NCBI GenBank assembly: GCA_963740355.1 | Contig: CAVUDW010000002.1 | Coordinates: forward strand, 2,144,001 to 2,208,000 | Length of the DNA: 64,000 bases | Reading direction: 5' to 3' | Origin: an uncultured Gemmatimonadaceae bacterium | GTDB taxonomy: Bacteria; Gemmatimonadota; Gemmatimonadetes; Gemmatimonadales; Gemmatimonadaceae | Shown: positions 19,299 to 26,622 of the stretch, piece after piece | How positions within the stretch are numbered: position 1 is the first letter of the stretch | How the letters are laid out: every line of letters begins with the position of its first letter | Program-made: the position numbers and the translations under genes | The notes under the pieces: generated by a model | Told to the model about the DNA's origin: nothing | The model's database searches: none | What the model saw: only the letters and a program-made list of their open reading frames with translations

Positions 19299-19643
19299 AT
19301 GGCGCAATACGACCTCGTGGTCGATGAACTGATGCACACCGCCGGTGTGCACGCCGCACTGATCGTCTCGCGTGCAGACGGCATCGTGGTGGATGGAAAC
19401 GTGCACATCGGGACCGACGCCGATGCCATCGCTGCCCTCGCCGCTCGCCTCTACGGCCGCGCGGCGCAGGCGGCGACCGCAGCAGACGGGACCGAGCCGG
19501 GATTTCTGCACCTCGAAGGCGAGCGGGGCAGGGTCTGCTGTGTGCCGCAAGGCGACCTGCTGCTGGTCACGGTGGCAGAACCATGGGCGAACCTCGGCCT
19601 GCTCCGCCTCACCATGCGGCGGCTCGCGCAGAGCCTCGGCTGA
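19299..19643 (+). CDS. Roadblock/LC7 (MglB-like) protein
   Basis: 114 aa with GVHAALIVSRADGIVV...LHLEGERGRV...LLLVTVAEPWANLGLLRLTMR. Confidence 0.88.
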   Translation: MAQYDLVVDELMHTAGVHAALIVSRADGIVVDGNVHIGTDADAIAALAARLYGRAAQAATAADGTEPGFLHLEGERGRVCCVPQGDLLLVTVAEPWANLGLLRLTMRRLAQSLG

Positions 19644-19833
19644 GCTCGGTTTCTGGCTCGTAGATGAGGTCGGCAAAGGGCTCGTGGCTGAGCTCGGCGC
19701 GATGTATACGGAAGTCTGCACGACGACGCGGCTGAGGCGTGCCGCGCGGAATCGTTCGGGATCGATCTGTGGCAAGCAGCCTCAAGTGCCCAATCCGGTA
19801 GGCCAGTCGTCGTTGGCTGGACACCGCAGACTC

Positions 19834-21753
19834 ATGAAACTCGATCAACGCCTCCGCTTCGATACCTTCGTCACAGGCTCGTCCAATCGCCTCGCTGTCG
19901 CCGCTGCCAAAGCGGTGGCCGATGCGCCAGGCGTCCTGTACAACCCGCTGTTTGTGTACGGCGCGTCTGGCCTCGGCAAGACGCACCTGATGCATGCGGT
20001 GGGCCACTCCGCCAAGGACAAGCAACCGTCCCTTGGCGTCGAGTACGTCGCGCTCGACGACTACATGGAGGAATTCCATCAGGCGTTGCAGGGCGGTCGA
20101 CTGGACACCTTCAAGAAGCGATACGAGTCCGCCGGCGTCCTGCTCCTCGACGACGTGCAGTTCCTTACGGGGCGCGCAGAGGTGCAGGGTGAATTGCTGC
20201 GCCTGTTCAACGTGCTCCAGGGACGCGGCACGCAGATCGTGATGACCAGTGATCGGCCACCCGATGAGATCACCGATGTCGCCGACCGATTGCTCACGCG
20301 CCTCACCGGCGGGCTGATCGTCGATGTCGGCATCCCGGACTACGAAACGCGTGTGGCCATCCTGCAGAAACTGCAGGGAGAGCGTGCGTCGCGATTCCGC
20401 GATGGTGTGCTCGAGGAACTCGCGCGTGTCGACTTCTCGAACATCCGTGAATTGCAGGGCGGTCTCAATCGGCTGCTCGCGCATCAGGGATTGAGCGACT
20501 CGGCGATCGGCGTCTCCGATGTCCGTCGCCTCGTCGGTGCCCGCGCCACGCCGCTCGCCAACGCGGCCATCTACGGCGAGATCGAGCAACACGAACGCGA
20601 CAACGACACGATCGACTACGACACCTTCGTGCAGGAAGTCGCGACGGCCGTCGTCGAACAGGTCGAGGAGTGGCGCGTTCGACTCGCCGATGCCGCCGCA
20701 CGGTGGCGCGCCGAGGGCATCAGTGTTGCCGTCCTCGATCGTGCGCTGCAACTGCGCGAGGCGCCGGACGTGGAGGGATTGCTGGCGACGTTCGGTGCTG
20801 CCGTCGAATACCTGCGCGATCTCGAGCGCCAGGGTTCCGCCGCCGATACCACGCTGTCTGGGCATGCGATCTTCCGTGATCCGGAGCGTGTGAAGGAAGC
20901 GCATGCACTGGTGCAGCAGGCCGTCTCGTCGATCGAGCCGCCACCACGCCCAGATCCGGCCTTCATCTTCGGCACCCTGCACGAGGGACGGGCCAACCAG
21001 CTCGCACTCCGCGCAGCACGCGCCGTTGTCGAGGCGCCGGGTACGCAGTACGTCCCCCTCGTCATCACCGGCCCATCGGGCAGCGGCCGTACGCACTTGC
21101 TGCATGCCATCGGCAATGCACTGATCGACGCTGGAGTGCAGACGGTCGCCTGTGTCTCCGCGGCCACGTTCGCCGAACAGCTCATCACCGCGCTGCGCGA
21201 AGGTGCGGTCGAGAAGTGGCGCGCGCGGTACCGCAATGCTGGCGCACTGCTTCTCGATGACATCGAGGCGGTGGCGGGCAAGGAACGCACGCAAGACGAA
21301 CTCTTCCACCTGTTCAATGCGTTGCAGAGCGCAGGACGACAGGTGGTGCTGACGTCGAGTGTCCCACCGAACCAGCTCGCAACGCTCGAGGACCGACTGC
21401 GGACACGATTCGCGCAGGGCCTGATCGTGGAGCTTGGCAGCCCGGACACCGCACAGCGCGTGGCCGTCATCACCAGCGTCTTCCACGCCCATCATGCGCG
21501 CGTCGATGACGCCGTGGTGGCCCAGCTCTCGGATCGTCCCGCGCGGTCGATTGGCGACGTGATTGCCACCGCACGTCGATTGCACGCTGCCGCGACACTT
21601 GCCAACGCGCCCATTACCGCAGCCTTCGTGGCAGCGGAGTTGGACGGTGCCGTCGCACCGCGCCGCGGACTGAAACACCTCATGGGTGACCCGGAGAATT
21701 TCGTGCATCGCTGGCCCGACCTCACGGCGCGTCTCAGCGAGGACGCTGACTGA
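19834..21753 (+). CDS. Tandem DnaA/Hda-family AAA+ protein lacking the DnaA DNA-binding domain IV
   Basis: Module 1: FDTFVTGSSN, YNPLFVYGASGLGKTHL, LLLDDVQ, TSDRPP, DRLLTRL, NIRELQG. Module 2: GPSGSGRTHLL, LLLDDIE, TQDELFHLFN, DRLRTRF. Confidence 0.9.
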   Translation: MKLDQRLRFDTFVTGSSNRLAVAAAKAVADAPGVLYNPLFVYGASGLGKTHLMHAVGHSAKDKQPSLGVEYVALDDYMEEFHQALQGGRLDTFKKRYESAGVLLLDDVQFLTGRAEVQGELLRLFNVLQGRGTQIVMTSDRPPDEITDVADRLLTRLTGGLIVDVGIPDYETRVAILQKLQGERASRFRDGVLEELARVDFSNIRELQGGLNRLLAHQGLSDSAIGVSDVRRLVGARATPLANAAIYGEIEQHERDNDTIDYDTFVQEVATAVVEQVEEWRVRLADAAARWRAEGISVAVLDRALQLREAPDVEGLLATFGAAVEYLRDLERQGSAADTTLSGHAIFRDPERVKEAHALVQQAVSSIEPPPRPDPAFIFGTLHEGRANQLALRAARAVVEAPGTQYVPLVITGPSGSGRTHLLHAIGNALIDAGVQTVACVSAATFAEQLITALREGAVEKWRARYRNAGALLLDDIEAVAGKERTQDELFHLFNALQSAGRQVVLTSSVPPNQLATLEDRLRTRFAQGLIVELGSPDTAQRVAVITSVFHAHHARVDDAVVAQLSDRPARSIGDVIATARRLHAAATLANAPITAAFVAAELDGAVAPRRGLKHLMGDPENFVHRWPDLTARLSEDAD

Positions 21754-23378
21754 TGGCGATTCGTGGTAGCCTCAAGGAAGCGAGCTTTCCCGATGTGCTC
21801 CAACTGCTGGCACTGGGACAAAAATCCGGGTGTCTCAGCATCGTGGACGGCACGAAGTTCGGCTCGGTGTTCTTCCAGAACGGCAAGATCTCCTTTGCGG
21901 CGATCGTCAATCGACGCGATCGACTTGGCGACTCGCTCGTCAAGCGCGGGCACATCACCAAGGACCAGCTCGAGGATGCACTTCGTGCGCAGCTGACACA
22001 CCCGGGCCGCCGCGTGGGCGAGTTGCTGGTGGAGCTGGGCTTCGTGGCGCGCGAAGTGGTCGAGAAGGAACTGCGATCACTGGTGGAGGACGCGGTGTTC
22101 TCGCTCTTCACCTGGACGCAGGGAATCTGGACCTTCGAGCCCGACGTCCATCCCGATGGTCGTCAGCTCATGACGGCCATCAACCCTGAGTCGCTGCTGA
22201 TGGAAGGCGCGCGACGCACCGACGAGTGGGCGCTCGTCGAGCGACGGTTCCCGACCTTCGATCTCGTCTTCGAGATGGACGCGGCACGTGCAGGCCAGTC
22301 CACGCCGCTGAGCGGCGAGCTGGCCGAGGTCGCGCACCTGCTCGACGGCCGGCGCACCATTCGCGCCGTGATCGAACGCTCCGGCCTCGGTGAGTTCACG
22401 GTCGGCAAGGCGCTCTACGAGTTGGCGATGCAAGGGTTGCTGGTGCAGGTCACCAACGCCGAGACGGTGCGCAGCGACGACTCTGACATCGGCGGCACGA
22501 CGGCCGAGAAGGCGCTCAAGATGGGACTCGCGCTTGCCAAGGCCGGCATGATCGAGGACTCCGCCCGCGAATTCCGTCGTGTCGTCGAAGCCTCGCCCAA
22601 CGATCCGATTGCGCGGCACCAGCTCGGGCTGCTGGCGCTCAAGCAGGGGGAGTGGGACGATGCAGTGGGCTGGCTGGAACCGTTGGCGCAGCTGGACGAT
22701 GCGTCGTCGACGATGCTCCATCATCTGGCTCTCGCGTACGAGGGGCTGGGTCGCGAGCTTGATTCCGCACGCACGCTCGAGCGCGCCGCACGGTCGGGTG
22801 GGATGTCATCGCCGCAAGTCGAACTGTCGCGCGCGTTGCACGCCTTCCAACTCGGCGACTACGTGCGCGCCGACGCGATGCTCGCTTCCGCCCGCACCCG
22901 GTTCGACGGCGATGCGCCACCGGCCGTCTGGTTTCACTACGCGTCTCTGGTGGCCGCGGCGCGCGATGATGCCGATCAGGCGCAAGCGCTGCTCGAGGAA
23001 GGGATTCGCACACATCCCTCGGTCGGTGTGCTGCACGCCAACTACGCGGCACTGTTGCTCACACGCGGCGCGCTGACGGCGGCTGCGGCAGCTGTGGAGC
23101 GCGGGATGCTGCACGCCGCCAATCTCGCGCCGTTCCAGAAGACGGTCGGCGACCTCGCGTATCGTGTCGCGCGTTTCGACGATGCCATGGAAGCGTATCA
23201 GCGCGCCGTGCGGCTCGAACCGTCACTCGGTCCAGATGTGTACCTGAAGCTCGGTGAATTGCGGTACCAGCGCGGTGAGACACTTGAATCGCAGCGTTGC
23301 TGGCAACGCGTGCTCGAACTCGATCCAGGCAATCGTCAGGCGCAAGTCAGCCTCGATGCCATTCGACGTGCCTCATGA
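21753..23378 (+). CDS. DUF4388 (PATAN-like) domain with MshEN-type insertion plus TPR repeats
   Basis: MAIRGSLKEASFPDVLQLLALGQKSGCLSI, RLGDSLVKRGHITKDQLEDALRAQ, WTQGIWTFE, LLMEGARRTDEW, then C-terminal TPRs. Confidence 0.87.
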   Translation: MAIRGSLKEASFPDVLQLLALGQKSGCLSIVDGTKFGSVFFQNGKISFAAIVNRRDRLGDSLVKRGHITKDQLEDALRAQLTHPGRRVGELLVELGFVAREVVEKELRSLVEDAVFSLFTWTQGIWTFEPDVHPDGRQLMTAINPESLLMEGARRTDEWALVERRFPTFDLVFEMDAARAGQSTPLSGELAEVAHLLDGRRTIRAVIERSGLGEFTVGKALYELAMQGLLVQVTNAETVRSDDSDIGGTTAEKALKMGLALAKAGMIEDSAREFRRVVEASPNDPIARHQLGLLALKQGEWDDAVGWLEPLAQLDDASSTMLHHLALAYEGLGRELDSARTLERAARSGGMSSPQVELSRALHAFQLGDYVRADAMLASARTRFDGDAPPAVWFHYASLVAAARDDADQAQALLEEGIRTHPSVGVLHANYAALLLTRGALTAAAAAVERGMLHAANLAPFQKTVGDLAYRVARFDDAMEAYQRAVRLEPSLGPDVYLKLGELRYQRGETLESQRCWQRVLELDPGNRQAQVSLDAIRRAS

Positions 23379-23903
23379 CCGCGCTGGCGGCGCCGCCGTA
23401 CGCGCCTGACTCGCGCGCGACAGTCGAGGCCGACGTGCTGACTGTCGTGATGGGCAAGGCTGGTGTCGCGCATGAAGGCACGCTGTTGCGAACCGTTGGC
23501 CTGGGATCATGCGTCGCCGTGATCATCTTCGCGCCGCAGCAGCGCCTTGCTGGCCTCGCGCACTGCATGTTGCCTGATCGCGAGGACGCGGATGACCCGC
23601 CGTCGCGATTCGTCGACACCGCCGTGCCCGCGCTGATCGACGAACTGCAGGCCGCAGGGAGCATCCGCGCCGTACGCTGCGGCACTGGTCGGCGGCGCCT
23701 CGATGTTTCCCGGCGTGTCCACCGGGTTCGTGCGCGACATCGCCGGAAGCAATCTCGAACGTGCGCGTGCCGCGCTGGCCGCCGCCGCCGTGCCGGTTCG
23801 TGTCGAAGACGTCGGTGGCAGCGAGGGACGCTCGGTGCTCGTCGATCCCGCCACCCAACGCGTCCGGGTGCATACGATGCGCGGTGGCGACCGGTGGCTG
23901 TGA
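23375..23903 (+). CDS. cheD: CheD deamidase / CheC activator, interrupted by a +1 frameshift at about 23657-23659 (probable sequencing error)
   Basis: First frame: TVGLGSCVAV, GLAHCMLP, RFVDTAV. Second frame: LVGGASMF, EDVGGSEGRSV. Deleting one G of GGG restores a 175-aa protein. Confidence 0.85.
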
Positions 23904-24003
23904 TGACCGCCCTCCGTCCGATACTCTTCATCTCGATGTCTTCGGCCGCGCTCGACAGGGCGACGGTAGTGCCGCCCCGTGGCGGTAGTCCTCTGGAGCG
24001 TTC

Positions 24004-25104
24004 GTGACGATCCTGCCCCCCTCAGCGGAAGACGTGCTGAGCCCCCTGCGTGCGCAGGTGGACGATCTCGCGCGCGACCTCACCACCGACGCCGCAGCGG
24101 CGGACCACGGTGTCCTGCTCAAGCAGCGCATCTTCCTGCTCCACCGCGCCGTGGAACAGCACGCACAGCTGATCGAGCAGTTGCAGGGTGAAGTCCGCTC
24201 GCTCGTCGATGGCTGGAAGGGGCGGTTTGCGTCGGGCGGCGGCTCGTCGCTCACCCCGCTCAGTTCGGCGGCCATTTCGTCGACGCCAAGGGCGCCGGCA
24301 GCACCCGCCGCCGCGCCGACCCAGAGCCGGACCGCAGCGCCGTCGGCCACCGCTGTCGTCGCGGTGCCGGAGCCCCCTCCGACCGCTGTCGCTGCCACCG
24401 TACCCGCGCCAACGCCGGCCGTCGAACACACCAACGGATTCGCGACCGGGGCCTCGCGTACGCAGATGCCCATGGCCGTGCCAGGCCAGCCGCGCGTGAT
24501 CGACGAGTTGAACGCATCGACCTTCGTGGAGCGCGGCTGGAGTCGGATCGCGACCGGCGACTACATCGGCGCCGAGGAGGCCCTCGAAAAGGCCCTTGCC
24601 CTCAACCCGGGTGACGCGCATGCGGAGACGCTGCTCGGGTGGGCCCAGATGTCGCAAGGGAAGTTCGACTCCGCGATGGCGCTCTTTCAGCAGGTGCTCG
24701 ATCGGGTGCCCGACCACGCCCTCGCGCACATCAACGTCGGCTACGTCCTTTTTCGCCGTCGACAGTTCGATGAGGCCGAAGAGCATCTCGATCGCGCCAT
24801 CGCCCTCGATTCGGATCGAAAGGCGACGTTATACGCGCACTACTATCTGGGGCTGGTGCATTTCGAGCAGCAGCGGTACGCCGAGTCGATCGGTGCCCTG
24901 CTGCGGGCGATCGAGCTGGGTCCGAACCTGATCGAGGCCCGATTCGAGCTGGGCCGGGTACTCTGGTTTGCTGACCGCACCGACGACGCGATCGCCGCGT
25001 GGCGCAAGGGCGCGGAGGTGAACAAGTTCAACCCATGGAGTGCTCGCTGTCGCGATATGCTGGCGACCATCGCCGACGGGGGCGCGCCGACGCGCGTGGC
25101 CTGA
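24004..25104 (+). CDS. TPR protein with N-terminal coiled coil and Ala/Pro-rich linker
   Basis: GGAG before GTG 24004. C-terminal TPRs (TLYAHYYLGLVHFEQQRYAESI, PNLIEARFELG). Confidence 0.85.
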   Translation: MTILPPSAEDVLSPLRAQVDDLARDLTTDAAAADHGVLLKQRIFLLHRAVEQHAQLIEQLQGEVRSLVDGWKGRFASGGGSSLTPLSSAAISSTPRAPAAPAAAPTQSRTAAPSATAVVAVPEPPPTAVAATVPAPTPAVEHTNGFATGASRTQMPMAVPGQPRVIDELNASTFVERGWSRIATGDYIGAEEALEKALALNPGDAHAETLLGWAQMSQGKFDSAMALFQQVLDRVPDHALAHINVGYVLFRRRQFDEAEEHLDRAIALDSDRKATLYAHYYLGLVHFEQQRYAESIGALLRAIELGPNLIEARFELGRVLWFADRTDDAIAAWRKGAEVNKFNPWSARCRDMLATIADGGAPTRVA

Positions 25105-26084
25105 GCAGTTTCTGGTGGGCACTGCTGTGGTGCGCGTCGGTACTCGTGGCGTGGGCATCACCGGTCACTGCGGCACCACCCGGTGCCCTCCGTCTCGATC
25201 GCGGCCGCTTCACGGTGGTCCACTACAGTGACGATGCCACGCTGGCGCATGCTGCGCTGAACGCCGCGGCGTCACGCGACACCTTTCCCTGGTTGCCGCG
25301 GGCGTCGACACGGATCGTGATCATGGTCGCGCCCGACGCCGCCACCTTTCGCGAGTGGGCGGGACAGAGTGCGGCCAGCTGGGCGGCAGCGGTCGCGTTT
25401 CCCGACCAGCACCGCGTGGTCGTGCAAGGCGGGAAGGCACCCGCCGACGCCGGAGATCCGACCCAGGTGCTGCGACATGAACTCGCGCACGTCGCCTTGC
25501 ACGACTATCTCGGTGATCTCCCACCGCGATGGTTCGACGAGGGCTACGCCAGCTTTGCTGCGGGCGAGGAGCGCATGGATGGCTTCGTCTCGACGAACCT
25601 CGCGCTGGTGTTCAGAGGGATGCCAGCACTGGCTACGCTCGACACGATGATCGGCAGCCCGCGTCCCACGGAGGCGCGCGCCGGCTACGCGCTCGCCCTG
25701 CGCGCCGTCTCCGACCTCGCCGCCATCGACACGCAGCGCGGTCTCGGGCCGATGTTCGTCGCGTGGAAGGAGCGCGGCAGTCTCGACCTCGCCATGCGAC
25801 GCGCGTTCGCGCTCACCTCGGATGATTTCCAGCGCGGTTGGCAGCAGCGCGCGCGGTGGCAGTTCGCGTTTCTCGCGCTGGCGGCCGACTCGGCGATCAC
25901 CGGGAGCGTGCTCCTGCTTGGGCTATGGCCGATGTACCGCCGCCGACGGCAGGCCCAGCGAGATCGCCTGGAGGCGATGCGCGAGCGGGAAGCCATCACC
26001 GAGAGCGCTGCCCGGAGTGCTGCCCTCGACGTCCTGCTGCACGCGATCGGGCCTGAGCGACCCCGAGCTGGCCCCGATGCTTGA
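24999..26084 (+). CDS. Membrane-anchored zinc metallopeptidase (clan MA, gluzincin-like); true start probably near 25100
   Basis: HELAH (HExxH) followed by WFDEGYA. Hydrophobic N-terminus and a C-terminal TM followed by RRRR. Confidence 0.75.
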   Translation: MAQGRGGEQVQPMECSLSRYAGDHRRRGRADARGLSSFWWALLWCASVLVAWASPVTAAPPGALRLDRGRFTVVHYSDDATLAHAALNAAASRDTFPWLPRASTRIVIMVAPDAATFREWAGQSAASWAAAVAFPDQHRVVVQGGKAPADAGDPTQVLRHELAHVALHDYLGDLPPRWFDEGYASFAAGEERMDGFVSTNLALVFRGMPALATLDTMIGSPRPTEARAGYALALRAVSDLAAIDTQRGLGPMFVAWKERGSLDLAMRRAFALTSDDFQRGWQQRARWQFAFLALAADSAITGSVLLLGLWPMYRRRRQAQRDRLEAMREREAITESAARSAALDVLLHAIGPERPRAGPDA

Positions 26085-26109
26085 CCCGCTTCGATAGGTC
26101 GCGTACCGT
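26081..26109 (+). promoter_or_regulatory. Putative sigma70 promoter, leaderless, for the small membrane protein
   Basis: TTGACC (26081-26086), 17 nt spacer, TACCGT (26104-26109). ATG is 7 nt downstream. Confidence 0.5.
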
Positions 26110-26116
26110 GAACCCT

Positions 26117-26287
26117 ATGGCTCTCTCAGAAACAGAAACTCCGCGCCGCCCTTTGCTCTGGTGGGGATTGGCCGCTGCCGCGCTCGCGCTCGGTTACGCT
26201 GACCTCGCGCGCGGCGGGACAACGTTTGCCCCCGTGCTGCTCGTAATCGGATATTGCGTGCTGGTCCCGATCGCGATCCTGAAGTAG
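26117..26287 (+). CDS. Small two-TM membrane protein (DUF3098-like)
   Basis: 56 aa, LALGYADLARGGTTFAPVLLVIGYCVLVPIAIL, recalled as resembling the DUF3098 pattern. Confidence 0.65.
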   Translation: MALSETETPRRPLLWWGLAAAALALGYADLARGGTTFAPVLLVIGYCVLVPIAILK

Positions 26288-26481
26288 TTCCGCCTGTCCA
26301 TGAGCCCGCCGACGTCGGCGGGCGAACGTTACGATCCGGTTAAGTGCATGTGCGGCGGTCACTTCGTCGTGCTTTGGTGCTTGCCCTCGTTACTCATGGA
26401 CGGCACTTTTCCGCCCGGGGGGCGCTACTACCTGCATGCAGGGCTTGGTGTAGTCGAATGCAGAGAGGTAGGCAGTCCGTC

Positions 26482-26555
26482 GGGCGAATAGCTCAGCTGG
26501 TTAGAGCACCTGTCTTACACACAGGGGGTCGGGGGTTCGAATCCCTCTTCGCCCA
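26482..26555 (+). tRNA. tRNA-Val (anticodon TAC); CCA not encoded
   Basis: Acceptor stem GGGCGAA/TTCGCCC, D arm GCTCAGCTGGTTAGAGC, anticodon arm CCTGT-CTTACAC-ACAGG, T loop GGTTCGAATCC. Confidence 0.97.
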
Positions 26556-26622
26556 CCTGCAGATCTCGGGGCTGCGGCACGACGCGGCAGCTCAATTGGC
26601 ATCACCATCGTGGAGGTCGTAA

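Noticed and set aside
19372..21753. Calling this gene the replication initiator dnaA with a nearby oriC, or using the 793-aa ORF
   Set aside because: No domain I or IV, no dnaN neighbour, and no TTATCCACA boxes or AT-rich unwinding element seen in 19644-19833. The extension upstream of 19834 overlaps the Roadblock gene and looks non-coding.
23297..24007. 236-aa CheD with a novel Arg-rich C-terminus
   Set aside because: The tail is out-of-frame read-through. The true CheD C-terminus is in the frame ending at 23903.
26420..26475. Imperfect hairpin upstream of tRNA-Val (CTACCT/AGGTAG, CTGCAT/ATGCAG) as an ncRNA
   Set aside because: Short and bulged with no family signature; compatible with a tRNA leader or chance.
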